NCBI RefSeq assembly: GCF_009914755.1
Contig: NC_060941.1
Reading direction: 5' to 3' (one strand)
Length of the DNA stretch: 64,000 nt
DNA from: the human T2T-CHM13v2.0 reference genome, Homo sapiens
Below are positions 40,901-55,900 of the stretch, in pieces (position 1 is the stretch's first letter; each line of letters begins with the position of its first letter). Both the position numbers and the translations under genes were made by a program. Below the pieces are notes generated by a model. That model was not told where the DNA came from and made no database searches. It saw nothing but the letters and a program-made list of their open reading frames with translations.

Positions 40901-43900
40901 TTCCAGTAAAAACTAGATAGAAGCATTCTCAGAAACTACTTTGTGATGATTGCATTCAAGTCACAGAGTTGAATATTCCCTTTGACAGAGCACTTTGGAA
41001 ACTCTCGCTGTGTAGAATCTGCAAGTGGAGATATGGACCGCTTTGAGGCCTATGGTAGTAAAGGAAATAGCTTCATAGAAAAACTAGACAGTAGCATTCT
41101 CAGAAAACTGTTTGTGACGACTGAGTTTAACTCACAAGGCTGAACATTCCTTTGGATGGAGCAGTTTCGAAACACACTCTTTGTAGAATCTGCAAGTGGA
41201 TATATGGGCCTCTCTGAGGATTTCATTGGAAAAGGGATAAACCGCACAGAACTAAACAGAAGCATTCTCAGAACCTTCTTCGTGATGTTTGCATTCAACT
41301 CACAGTGTTGAACCTTTTTTGATAGTTCAGGTTTGAAACACTCTTTTTGTAGAAACTGCAAGTGGATAATTGCACTTCTTTGAGGCCTATCCTACTAAAG
41401 GAAATAACTTCTTCATATAAAATCAAGACAGAAGGTTTCTCAGAAAATCCTCTGGGATGATTGAGTTGAACTCACAGAGCTGTACTTTCCTTGGGATGGA
41501 GTAGTTTCGAAACACACTTTCTGTAGAATCTGCAAGTGGATATTTGGACCTGTCTGAGGAATTTGTTGGTAACGGGATAATTTCAGCTAACTAAACAGAA
41601 GCAGTCTCTGAATTTTCTTTGTGATGTTTGCATTCAAATCCCAGAATTGCACCTTCCTTGGAAACTTCAGGTTTGAAACCCTCATTTTGCAGGATCTACA
41701 AGTGGATATTTGGACCACTCTGTGGCCTTCGTTCGAAACGGGTATATCTTCACATAACGTCTAGACAGAAGCATTCTCAGAAACTTTTCTGTGATGACTG
41801 CATTCAACTCACAGAGTTGAACACTCCTTTTGAGAGCGCAGTTTTGAAACTCTCTTTCTGTGGAATCTGCAAGGGGACATGTAGACCTCTTTGAAGGTTT
41901 CGTTGGAAACAGAATCATCTTCACAAAAAAATTACACGGAAGCATTCTCAGGAACCCCTTGGTGCTGATTGTATTCAACTTCCAGAGTTGAACTTTCCTT
42001 CGGAGAGAGCAGCTATGAAACACTCTTTTTCTAGAATCTGCAAGTGGATATTTGGAGGGCTTTGAGGCTTGTGGTGGAAAAGGAAATATCTTCACATAAA
42101 TACTAGATGGAAGCATTCTCAGAAACTACTTTGTGATGATTGCATTCACCTCACAGAGTTGAACATTCCTATTGAGAGAGCAGTTTGGAAACACTCTTGT
42201 TGGAGAATCTGAAAGTGGAGATTTGGAGCGCTTTGAGGCCTATGGTACTAAAGGGAATAGCTTCATATAAAAACTAGGCAGAAGCATTCTCAGAAAATAC
42301 TTTGTGATGATTGAGTTTAACTCACAGAGCTGAACATTCCTTTGGATGGAGCAGGTTTGAAACACACTTTTTGTAGAATCTGCAAGTGGATATTTGGACC
42401 TCTCTGAGGATTTCGTTGGAAACGGGATAACTGCACCTAACTAAACAGAAGCATTCTCAGAAACTTCTTTGTGATATTTGCATTCAAATCCCAGAGTTGA
42501 AACTTCCTTTGATAGGTCAGGTTTGAAACACTCTTTCTGTACGATCTGCAAGTGGATATTTGGACCACTCTGTGGCCTTCGTTCGAAACGGGTACATCTT
42601 CACATAACATCTAGACAGAAGCCTTCTCAGAAACTTCTCTGTGATGATTGCATTCAACTCACAGAGTTGAACCCTCCTATAGATATAGCAGTTCTGAATC
42701 TCTCTTTTTGTGGAATCTGCAAGTGGATATGTGGACCTCTTTGAAGATGTCTTTGGAAACGGGAATATCTTCACATAAAAATTAAACAGAAGCATTCTCA
42801 GAAACTTCTCTCTCATGTTTGCGTTCAACTCACACAGTTTCACATTGCTTTTCATAGAGCAGTTCTGAAACATGCTTTTCGGACTGTCTGCAAGTGGACA
42901 TTTGGAGAGCTTTCAGGCCTGTGTTGGAAAATGAATTATCGTCACATAGACACTAGAGAGAAGCATTGTCAGGAACTTGTTTGTGATGGTTGCATTCAAC
43001 TCACAGAGTTGAAGGTTCCTTTTCAACCAGCAGTTTCCAAGCAGGCCTTCTGTGGAATCTGCAAGTGGATATTTGGACCTCTTTGAAGATATCGTTGGAA
43101 ACGGGATAATCTTCACAGAAAAGCTAAACAGAAGCATTCTCAGAAACTCCTTTGTGATGTTTGCATTCAACTCACAGAGTTGAACATTCCTTTTGAGAGA
43201 CAAGCTTTGAAACACTCTTTCTCTAGAATCTGCAAGTGGATATTTGGAGGGCTTTGAGGCCTGTGGTGGAAAGGGAATTCTCTTCCAGTAAAAACTAGAT
43301 AGAAGCATTCTCAGAAACTACTTTGTGATGATTGCATTCAAGTCACAGTGTTGAATATTCCCTTTGACAGAGCACTTTGGAAACTCTCGCTGTGTAGAAT
43401 CTGCAAGTGGAGATATGGACCGCTTTGAGGCCTATGGTAGTAAAGGAAATAGCTTCATAGAAAAACTAGACAGTAGCATTCTCAGAAAACTGTTTGTGAC
43501 GACTGAGTTTAACTCACAAGGCTGAACATTCCTTTGGATGGAGCAGTTTCGAAACACACTCTTTGTAGAATCTGCAAGTGGATATTTGGGCCTCTCTGAG
43601 GATTTCATTGGAAAAGGGATAAACCGCACAGAACTAAACAGAAGCATTCTCAGAACCTTCTTCGTGATGTTTGCATTCAACTCACAGTGTTGAACCTTTT
43701 TTGATAGTTCAGGTTTGAAACACTCTTTTTGTAGAAACTGCAAGTGGATAATTGCACTTCTTTGAGGCCTATCCTACTAAAGGAAATAACTTCTTCATAT
43801 AAAATCAAGACAGAAGGTTTCTCAGAAAATCCTCTGGGATGATTGAGTTGAACTCACAGAGCTGTACTTTCCTTGGGATGGAGTAGTTTCGAAACACACT

Positions 43901-46900
43901 TTCTGTAGAATCTGCAAGTGGATATTTGGACCTGTCTGAGGAATTTGTTGGTAACGGGATAATTTCAGCTAACTAAACAGAAGCAGTCTCTGAATTTTCT
44001 TTGTGATGTTTGCATTCAAATCCCAGAATTGCACCTTCCTTGGAAAGTTCAGGTTTGAAACCCTCATTTTGCAGGATCTACAAGTGGATATTTGGACCAC
44101 TCTGTGGCCTTCGTTCGAAACGGGTATATCTTCACATAACGTCTAGACAGAAGCATTCTCAGAAACTTTTCTGTGATGACTGCATTCAACTCACAGAGTT
44201 GAACACTCCTTTTGAGAGCGCAGTTTTGAAACTCTCTTTCTGTGGAATCTGCAAGGGGACATGTAGACCTCTTTGAAGGTTTCGTTGGAAACAGAATCAT
44301 CTTCACAAAAAAATTACACGGAAGCATTCTCAGGAACCCCTTGGTGCTGATTGTATTCAACTTCCAGAGTTGAACTTTCCTTCGGAGAGAGCAGCTATGA
44401 AACACTCTTTTTCTAGAATCTGCAAGTGGATATTTGGAGGGCTTTGAGGTTTGTGGTGGAAAAGGAAATATCTTCACATAAATACTAGATGGAAGCATTC
44501 TCAGAAACTACTTTGTGATGATTGCATTCACCTCACAGAGTTGAACATTCCTATTGAGAGAGCAGTTTGGAAACACTCTTGTTGGAGAATCTGCAAGTGG
44601 AGATTTGGAGCGCTTTGAGGCCTATGGTACTAAAGGGAATAGCTTCATATAAAAACTAGGCAGAAGCATTCTCAGAAAATACTTTGTGATGATTGAGTTT
44701 AACTCACAGAGCTGAACATTCCTTTGGATGGAGCAGGTTTGAAACACACTTTTTGTAGAATCTGCAAGTGGATATTTGGACCTCTCTGAGGATTTCGTTG
44801 GAAACGGGATAACTGCACCTAACTAAACAGAAGCATTCTCAGAAACTTCTTTGTGATATTTGCATTCAAATCCCAGAGTTGAAACTTCCTTTGATAGGTC
44901 AGGTTTGAAACACTCTTTCTGTACGATCTGCAAGTGGATATTTGGACCACTCTGTGGCCTTCGTTCGAAACGGGTACATCTTCACATAACATCTAGACAG
45001 AAGCCTTCTCAGAAACTTCTCTGTGATGATTGCATTCAACTCACAGAGTTGAACCCTCCTATAGATATAGCAGTTCTGAATCTCTCTTTTTGTGGAATCT
45101 GCAAGTGGATATGTGGACCTCTTTGAAGATGTCTTTGGAAACGGGAATATCTTCACATAAAAATTAAACAGAAGCATTCTCAGAAACTTCTCTCTCATGT
45201 TTGCGTTCAACTCACACAGTTTCACATTGCTTTTCATAGAGCAGTTCTGAAACATGCTTTTCGGACTGTCTGCAAGTGGACATTTGGAGAGCTTTCAGGC
45301 CTGTGTTGGAAAATGAATTATCGTCACATAGACACTAGAGAGAAGCATTGTCAGGAACTTGTTTGTGATGGTTGCATTCAACTCACAGAGTTGAAGGTTC
45401 CTTTTCAACCAGCAGTTTCCAAGCACGCCTTCTGTGGAATCTGCAAGTGGATATTTGGACCTCTTTGAAGATATCGTTGGAAACGGGATAATCTTCACAG
45501 AAAAGCTAAACAGAAGCATTCTCAGAAACTCCTTTGTGATGTTTGCATTCAACTCACAGAGTTGAACATTCCTTTTGAGAGACAAGCTTTGAAACACTCT
45601 TTCTCTAGAATCTGCAAGTGGATATTTGGAGGGCTTTGAGGCCTGTGGTGGAAAGGGAATTCTCTTCCAGTAAAAACTAGATAGAAGCATTCTCAGAAAC
45701 TACTTTGTGATGATTGCATTCAAGTCACAGAGTTGAATATTCCCTTTGACAGAGCACTTTGGAAACTCTCGCTGTGTAGAATCTGCAAGTGGAGATATGG
45801 ACCGCTTTGAGGCCTATGGTAGTAAAGGAAATAGCTTCATAGAAAAACTAGACAGTAGCATTCTCAGAAAACTGTTTGTGACGACTGAGTTTAACTCACA
45901 AGGCTGAACATTCCTTTGGATGGAGCAGTTTCGAAACACACACTTTGTAGAATCTGCAAGTGGATATTTGGGCCTCTCTGAGGATTTCATTGGAAAAGGG
46001 ATAAACCGCACAGAACTAAACAGAAGCATTCTCAGAACCTTCTTCGTGATGTTTGCATTCAACTCACAGTGTTGAACCTTTTTTGATAGTTCAGGTTTGA
46101 AACACTCTTTTTGTAGAAACTGCAAGTGGATAATTGCACTTCTTTGAGGCCTATCCTACTAAAGGAAATAACTTCTTCATATAAAATCAAGACAGAAGGT
46201 TTCTCAGAAAATCCTCTGGGATGATTGAGTTGAACTCACAGAGCTGTACTTTCCTTGGGATGGAGTAGTTTCGAAACACACTTTCTGTAGAATCTGCAAG
46301 TGGATATTTGGACCTGTCTGAGGAATTTGTTGGTAACGGGATAATTTCAGCTAACTAAACAGAAGCAGTCTCTGAATTTTCTTTGTGATGTTTGCATTCA
46401 AATCCCAGAATTGCACCTTCCTTGGAAAGTTCAGGTTTGAAACCCTCATTTTGCAGGATCTACAAGTGGATATTTGGACCACTCTGTGGTCTTCGTTCGA
46501 AACGGGTATATCTTCACATAACGTCTAGACAGAAGCATTCTCAGAAACTTTTCTGTGATGACTGCATTCAACTCACAGAGTTGAACACTCCTTTTGAGAG
46601 CGCAGTTTTGAAACTCTCTTTCTGTGGAATCTGCAAGGGGACATGTAGACCTCTTTGAAGGTTTCGTTGGAAACAGAATCATCTTCACAAAAAAATTACA
46701 CGGAAGCATTCTCAGGAACCCCTTGGTGCTGATTGTATTCAACTTCCAGAGTTGAACTTTCCTTCGGAGAGAGCAGCTATGAAACACTCTTTTTCTAGAA
46801 TCTGCAAGTGGATATTTGGAGGGCTTTGAGGTTTGTGGTGGAAAAGGAAATATCTTCACATAAATACTAGATGGAAGCATTCTCAGAAACTACTTTGTGA

Positions 46901-49900
46901 TGATTGCATTCACCTCACAGAGTTGAACATTCCTATTGAGAGAGCAGTTTGGAAACACTCTTGTTGGAGAATCTGCAAGTGGAGATTTGGAGCGCTTTGA
47001 GGCCTATGGTACTAAAGGGAATAGCTTCATATAAAAACTAGGCAGAAGCATTCTCAGAAAATACTTTGTGATGATTGAGTTTAACTCACAGAGCTGAACA
47101 TTCCTTTGGATGGAGCAGGTTTGAAACACACTTTTTGTAGAATCTGCAAGTGGATATTTGGACCTCTCTGAGGATTTCGTTGGAAACGGGATAACTGCAC
47201 CTAACTAAACAGAAGCATTCTCAGAAACTTCTTTGTGATATTTGCATTCAAATCCCAGAGTTGAAACTTCCTTTGATAGGTCAGGTTTGAAACACTCTTT
47301 CTGTACGATCTGCAAGTGGATATTTGGACCACTCTGTGGCCTTCGTTCGAAACGGGTACATCTTCACATAACATCTAGACAGAAGCCTTCTCAGAAACTT
47401 CTCTGTGATGATTGCATTCAACTCACAGAGTTGAACCCTCCTATAGATATAGCAGTTCTGAATCTCTCTTTTTGTGGAATCTGCAAGTGGATATGTGGAC
47501 CTCTTTGAAGATGTCTTTGGAAACGGGAATATCTTCACATAAAAATTAAACAGAAGCATTCTCAGAAACTTCTCTCTCATGTTTGCGTTCAACTCACACA
47601 GTTTCACATTGCTTTTCATAGAGCAGTTCTGAAACATGCTTTTCGGACTGTCTGCAAGTGGACATTTGGAGAGCTTTCAGGCCTGTGTTGGAAAATGAAT
47701 TATCGTCACATAGACACTAGAGAGAAGCATTGTCAGGAACTTGTTTGTGATGGTTGCATTCAACTCACAGAGTTGAAGGTTCCTTTTCAACCAGCAGTTT
47801 CCAAGCACGCCTTCTGTGGAATCTGCAAGTGGATATTTGGACCTCTTTGAAGATATCGTTGGAAACGGGATAATCTTCACAGAAAAGCTAAACAGAAGCA
47901 TTCTCAGAAACTCCTTTGTGATGTTTGCATTCAACTCACAGAGTTGAACATTCCTTTTGAGAGACAAGCTTTGAAACACTCTTTCTCTAGAATCTGCAAG
48001 TGGATATTTGGAGGGCTTTGAGGCCTGTGGTGGAAAGGGAATTCTCTTCCAGTAAAAACTAGATAGAAGCATTCTCAGAAACTACTTTGTGATGATTGCA
48101 TTCAAGTCACAGAGTTGAATATTCCCTTTGACAGAGCACTTTGGAAACTCTCGCTGTGTAGAATCTGCAAGTGGAGATATGGACCGCTTTGAGGCCTATG
48201 GTAGTAAAGGAAATAGCTTCATAGAAAAACTAGACAGTAGCATTCTCAGAAAACTGTTTGTGACGACTGAGTTTAACTCACAAGGCTGAACATTCCTTTG
48301 GATGGAGCAGTTTCGAAACACACTCTTTGTAGAATCTGCAAGTGGATATTTGGGCCTCTCTGAGGATTTCATTGGAAAAGGGATAAGCCGCACAGAACTA
48401 AACAGAAGCATTCTCAGAACCTTCTTCGTGATGTTTGCATTCAACTCACAGTGTTGAACCTTTTTTGATAGTTCAGGTTTGAAACACTCTTTGTGTAGAA
48501 ACTGCAAGTGGATAATTGCACTTCTTTGAGGCCTATCCTACTAAAGGAAATAACTTCTTCATATAAAATCAAGACAGAAGCTTTCTCAGAAAATCCTCTG
48601 GGATGATTGAGTTGAACTCACAGAGCTGTACTTTCCTTGGGATGGAGTAGTTTCGAAACACACTTTCTGTAGAATCTGCAAGTGGATATTTGGACCTGTC
48701 TGAGGAATTTGTTGGTAACGGGATAATTTCAGCTAACTAAACAGAAGCAGTCTCTGAATTTTCTTTGTGATGTTTGCATTCAAATCCCAGAATTGCACCT
48801 TCCTTGGAAAGTTCAGGTTTGAAACCCTCATTTTGCAGGATCTACAAGTGGATATTTGGACCACTCTGTGGCCTTCGTTCGAAACGGGTATATCTTCACA
48901 TAACGTCTAGACAGAAGCATTCTCAGAAACTTTTCTGTGATGACTGCATTCAACTCACAGAGTTGAACACTCCTTTTGAGAGCGCAGTTTTGAAACTCTC
49001 TTTCTGTGGAATCTGCAAGGGGACATGTAGACCTCTTTGAAGGTTTCGTTGGAAACAGAATCATCTTCACAAAAAAATTACACGGAAGCATTCTCAGGAA
49101 CCCCTTGGTGCTGATTGTATTCAACTTCCAGAGTTGAACTTTCCTTCGGAGAGAGCAGCTATGAAACACTCTTTTTCTAGAATCTGCAAGTGGATATTTG
49201 GAGGGCTTTGAGGTTTGTGGTGGAAAAGGAAATATCTTCACATAAATACTAGATGGAAGCATTCTCAGAAACTACTTTGTGATGATTGCATTCACCTCAC
49301 AGAGTTGAACATTCCTATTGAGAGAGCAGTTTGGAAACACTCTTGTTGGAGAATCTGCAAGTGGAGATTTGGAGCGCTTTGAGGCCTATGGTACTAAAGG
49401 GAATAGCTTCATATAAAAACTAGGCAGAAGCATTCTCAGAAAATACTTTGTGATGATTGAGTTTAACTCACAGAGCTGAACATTCCTTTGGATGGAGCAG
49501 GTTTGAAACACACTTTTTGTAGAATCTGCAAGTGGATATTTGGACCTCTCTGAGGATTTCGTTGGAAACGGGATAACTGCACCTAACTAAACAGAAGCAT
49601 TCTCAGAAACTTCTTTGTGATATTTGCATTCAAATCCCAGAGTTGAAACTTCCTTTGATAGGTCAGGTTTGAAACACTCTTTCTGTACGATCTGCAAGTG
49701 GATATTTGGACCACTCTGTGGCCTTCGTTCGAAACGGGTACATCTTCACATAACATCTAGACAGAAGCCTTCTCAGAAACTTCTCTGTGATGATTGCATT
49801 CAACTCACAGAGTTGAACCCTCCTATAGATATAGCAGTTCTGAATCTCTCTTTTTGTGGAATCTGCAAGTGGATATGTGGACCTCTTTGAAGATGTCTTT

Positions 49901-52900
49901 GGAAACGGGAATATCTTCACATAAAAATTAAACAGAAGCATTCTCAGAAACTTCTCTCTCATGTTTGCGTTCAACTCACACAGTTTCACATTGCTTTTCA
50001 TAGAGCAGTTCTGAAACATGCTTTTCGGACTGTCTGCAAGTGGACATTTGGAGAGCTTTCAGGCCTGTGTTGGAAAATGAATTATCGTCACATAGACACT
50101 AGAGAGAAGCATTGTCAGGAACTTGTTTGTGATGGTTGCATTCAACTCACAGAGTTGAAGGTTCCTTTTCAAACAGCAGTTTCCAAGCACGCCTTCTGTG
50201 GAATCTGCAAGTGGATATTTGGACCTCTTTGAAGATATCGTTGGAAACGGGATAATCTTCACAGAAAAGCTAAACAGAAGCATTCTCAGAAACTCCTTTG
50301 TGATGTTTGCATTCAACTCACAGAGTTGAACATTCCTTTTGAGAGACAAGCTTTGAAACACTCTTTCTCTAGAATCTGCAAGTGGATATTTGGAGGGCTT
50401 TGAGGCCTGTGGTGGAAAGGGAATTCTCTTCCAGTAAAAACTAGATAGAAGCATTCTCAGAAACTACTTTGTGATGATTGCATTCAAGTCACAGAGTTGA
50501 ATATTCCCTTTGACAGAGCACTTTGGAAACTCTCGCTGTGTAGAATCTGCAAGTGGAGATATGGACCGCTTTGAGGCCTATGGTAGTAAAGGAAATAGCT
50601 TCATAGAAAAACTAGACAGTAGCATTCTCAGAAAACTGTTTGTGACGACTGAGTTTAACTCACAAGGCTGAACATTCCTTTGGATGGAGCAGTTTCGAAA
50701 CACACTCTTTGTAGAATCTGCAAGTGGATATTTGGGCCTCTCTGAGGATTTCATTGGAAAAGGGATAAGCCGCACAGAACTAAACAGAAGCATTCTCAGA
50801 ACCTTCTTCGTGATGTTTGCATTCAACTCACAGTGTTGAACCTTTTTTGATAGTTCAGGTTTGAAACACTCTTTGTGTAGAAACTGCAAGTGGATAATTG
50901 CACTTCTTTGAGGCCTATCCTACTAAAGGAAATAACTTCTTCATATAAAATCAAGACAGAAGCTTTCTCAGAAAATCCTCTGGGATGATTGAGTTGAACT
51001 CACAGAGCTGTACTTTCCTTGGGATGGAGTAGTTTCGAAACACACTTTCTGTAGAATCTGCAAGTGGATATTTGGACCTGTCTGAGGAATTTGTTGGTAA
51101 CGGGATAATTTCAGCTAACTAAACAGAAGCAGTCTCTGAATTTTCTTTGTGATGTTTGCATTCAAATCCCAGAATTGCACCTTCCTTGGAAAGTTCAGGT
51201 TTGAAACCCTCATTTTGCAGGATCTACAAGTGGATATTTGGACCACTCTGTGGCCTTCGTTCGAAACGGGTATATCTTCACATAACGTCTAGACAGAAGC
51301 ATTCTCAGAAACTTTTCTGTGATGACTGCATTCAACTCACAGAGTTGAACACTCCTTTTGAGAGCGCAGTTTTGAAACTCTCTTTCTGTGGAATCTGCAA
51401 GGGGACATGTAGACCTCTTTGAAGGTTTCGTTGGAAACAGAATCATCTTCACAAAAAAATTACACGGAAGCATTCTCAGGAACCCCTTGGTGCTGATTGT
51501 ATTCAACTTCCAGAGTTGAACTTTCCTTCGGAAAGAGCAGCTATGAAACACTCTTTTTCTAGAATCTGCAAGTGGATATTTGGAGGGCTTTGAGGTTTGT
51601 GGTGGAAAAGGAAATATCTTCACATAAATACTAGATGGAAGCATTCTCAGAAACTACTTTGTGATGATTGCATTCACCTCACAGAGTTGAACATTCCTAT
51701 TGAGAGAGCAGTTTGGAAACACTCTTGTTGGAGAATCTGCAAGTGGAGATTTGGAGCGCTTTGAGGCCTATGGTACTAAAGGGAATAGCTTCATATAAAA
51801 ACTAGGCAGAAGCATTCTCAGAAAATACTTTGTGATGATTGAGTTTAACTCACAGAGCTGAACATTCCTTTGGATGGAGCAGGTTTGAAACACACTTTTT
51901 GTAGAATCTGCAAGTGGATATTTGGACCTCTCTGAGGATTTCGTTGGAAACGGGATAACTGCACCTAACTAAACAGAAGCATTCTCAGAAACTTCTTTGT
52001 GATATTTGCATTCAAATCCCAGAGTTGAAACTTCCTTTGATAGGTCAGGTTTGAAACACTCTTTCTGTACGATCTGCAAGTGGATATTTGGACCACTCTG
52101 TGGCCTTCGTTCGAAACGGGTACATCTTCACATAACATCTAGACAGAAGCCTTCTCAGAAACTTCTCTGTGATGATTGCATTCAACTCACAGAGTTGAAC
52201 CCTCCTATAGATATAGCAGTTCTGAATCTCTCTTTTTGTGGAATCTGCAAGTGGATATGTGGACCTCTTTGAAGATGTCTTTGGAAACGGGAATATCTTC
52301 ACATAAAAATTAAACAGAAGCATTCTCAGAAACTTCTCTCTCATGTTTGCGTTCAACTCACACAGTTTCACATTGCTTTTCATAGAGCAGTTCTGAAACA
52401 TGCTTTTCGGACTGTCTGCAAGTGGACATTTGGAGAGCTTTCAGGCCTGTGTTGGAAAATGAATTATCGTCACATAGACACTAGAGAGAAGCATTGTCAG
52501 GAACTTGTTTGTGATGGTTGCATTCAACTCACAGAGTTGAAGGTTCCTTTTCAACCAGCAGTTTCCAAGCACGCCTTCTGTGGAATCTGCAAGTGGATAT
52601 TTGGACCTCTTTGAAGATATCGTTGGAAACGGGATAATCTTCACAGAAAAGCTAAACAGAAGCATTCTCAGAAACTCCTTTGTGATGTTTGCATTCAACT
52701 CACAGAGTTGAACATTCCTTTTGAGAGACAAGCTTTGAAACACTCTTTCTCTAGAATCTGCAAGTGGATATTTGGAGGGCTTTGAGGCCTGTGGTGGAAA
52801 GGGAATTCTCTTCCAGTAAAAACTAGATAGAAGCATTCTCAGAAACTACTTTGTGATGATTGCATTCAAGTCACAGAGTTGAATATTCCCTTTGACAGAG

Positions 52901-55900
52901 CACTTTGGAAACTCTCGCTGTGTAGAATCTGCAAGTGGAGATATGGACCGCTTTGAGGCCTATGGTAGTAAAGGAAATAGCTTCATAGAAAAACTAGACA
53001 GTAGCATTCTCAGAAAACTGTTTGTGACGACTGAGTTTAACTCACAAGGCTGAACATTCCTTTGGATGGAGCAGTTTCGAAACACACACTTTGTAGAATC
53101 TGCAAGTGGATATTTGGGCCTCTCTGAGGATTTCATTGGAAAAGGGATAAGCCGCACAGAACTAAACAGAAGCATTCTCAGAACCTTCTTCGTGATGTTT
53201 GCATTCAACTCACAGTGTTGAACCTTTTTTGATAGTTCAGGTTTGAAACACTCTTTTTGTAGAAACTGCAAGTGGATAATTGCACTTCTTTGAGGCCTAT
53301 CCTACTAAAGGAAATAACTTCTTCATATAAAATCAAGACAGAAGGTTTCTCAGAAAATCCTCTGGGATGATTGAGTTGAACTCACAGAGCTGTACTTTCC
53401 TTGGGATGGAGTAGTTTCGAAACACACTTTCTGTAGAATCTGCAAGTGGATATTTGGACCTGTCTGAGGAATTTGTTGGTAACGGGATAATTTCAGCTAA
53501 CTAAACAGAAGCAGTCTCTGAATTTTCTTTGTGATGTTTGCATTCAAATCCCAGAATTGCACCTTCCTTGGAAAGTTCAGGTTTGAAACCCTCATTTTGC
53601 AGGATCTACAAGTGGATATTTGGACCACTCTGTGGCCTTCGTTCGAAACGGGTATATCTTCACATAACGTCTAGACAGAAGCATTCTCAGAAACTTTTCT
53701 GTGATGACTGCATTCAACTCACAGAGTTGAACACTCCTTTTGAGAGCGCAGTTTTGAAACTCTCTTTCTGTGGAATCTGCAAGGGGACATGTAGACCTCT
53801 TTGAAGGTTTCGTTGGAAACAGAATCATCTTCACAAAAAAATTACACGGAAGCATTCTCAGGAACCCCTTGGTGCTGATTGTATTCAACTTCCAGAGTTG
53901 AACTTTCCTTCGGAAAGAGCAGCTATGAAACACTCTTTTTCTAGAATCTGCAAGTGGATATTTGGAGGGCTTTGAGGTTTGTGGTGGAAAAGGAAATATC
54001 TTCACATAAATACTAGATGGAAGCATTCTCAGAAACTACTTTGTGATGATTGCATTCACCTCACAGAGTTGAACATTCCTATTGAGAGAGCAGTTTGGAA
54101 ACACTCTTGTTGGAGAATCTGCAAGTGGAGATTTGGAGCGCTTTGAGGCCTATGGTACTAAAGGGAATAGCTTCATATAAAAACTAGGCAGAAGCATTCT
54201 CAGAAAATACTTTGTGATGATTGAGTTTAACTCACAGAGCTGAACATTCCTTTGGATGGAGCAGGTTTGAAACACACTTTTTGTAGAATCTGCAAGTGGA
54301 TATTTGGACCTCTCTGAGGATTTCGTTGGAAACGGGATAACTGCACCTAACTAAACAGAAGCATTCTCAGAAACTTCTTTGTGATATTTGCATTCAAATC
54401 CCAGAGTTGAAACTTCCTTTGATAGGTCAGGTTTGAAACACTCTTTCTGTACGATCTGCAAGTGGATATTTGGACCACTCTGTGGCCTTCGTTCGAAACG
54501 GGTACATCTTCACATAACATCTAGACAGAAGCCTTCTCAGAAACTTCTCTGTGATGATTGCATTCAACTCACAGAGTTGAACCCTCCTATAGATATAGCA
54601 GTTCTGAATCTCTCTTTTTGTGGAATCTGCAAGTGGATATGTGGACCTCTTTGAAGATGTCTTTGGAAACGGGAATATCTTCACATAAAAATTAAACAGA
54701 AGCATTCTCAGAAACTTCTCTCTCATGTTTGCGTTCAACTCACACAGTTTCACATTGCTTTTCATAGAGCAGTTCTGAAACATGCTTTTCGGACTGTCTG
54801 CAAGTGGACATTTGGAGAGCTTTCAGGCCTGTGTTGGAAAATGAATTATCGTCACATAGACACTAGAGAGAAGCATTGTCAGGAACTTGTTTGTGATGGT
54901 TGCATTCAACTCACAGAGTTGAAGGTTCCTTTTCAACCAGCAGTTTCCAAGCACGCCTTCTGTGGAATCTGCAAGTGGATATTTGGACCTCTTTGAAGAT
55001 ATCATTGGAAACGGGATAATCTTCACAGAAAAGCTAAACAGAAGCATTCTCAGAAACTCCTTTGTGATGTTTGCATTCAACTCACAGAGTTGAACATTCC
55101 TTTTGAGAGACAAGCTTTGAAACACTCTTTCTCTAGAATCTGCAAGTGGATATTTGGAGGGCTTTGAGGCCTGTGGTGGAAAGGGAATTCTCTTCCAGTA
55201 AAAACTAGATAGAAGCATTCTCAGAAACTACTTTGTGATGATTGCATTCAAGTCACAGAGTTGAATATTCCCTTTGACAGAGCACTTTGGAAACTCTCGC
55301 TGTGTAGAATCTGCAAGTGGAGATATGGACCGCTTTGAGGCCTATGGTAGTAAAGGAAATAGCTTCATAGAAAAACTAGACAGTAGCATTCTCAGAAAAC
55401 TGTTTGTGACGACTGAGTTTAACTCACAAGGCTGAACATTCCTTTGGATGGAGCAGTTTCGAAACACACACTTTGTAGAATCTGCAAGTGGATATTTGGG
55501 CCTCTCTGAGGATTTCATTGGAAAAGGGATAAGCCGCACAGAACTAAACAGAAGCATTCTCAGAACCTTCTTCGTGATGTTTGCATTCAACTCACAGTGT
55601 TGAACCTTTTTTGATAGTTCAGGTTTGAAACACTCTTTTTGTAGAAACTGCAAGTGGATAATTGCACTTCTTTGAGGCCTATCCTACTAAAGGAAATAAC
55701 TTCTTCATATAAAATCAAGACAGAAGGTTTCTCAGAAAATCCTCTGGGATGATTGAGTTGAACTCACAGAGCTGTACTTTCCTTGGGATGGAGTAGTTTC
55801 GAAACACACTTTCTGTAGAATCTGCAAGTGGATATTTGGACCTGTCTGAGGAATTTGTTGGTAACGGGATAATTTCAGCTAACTAAACAGAAGCAGTCTC

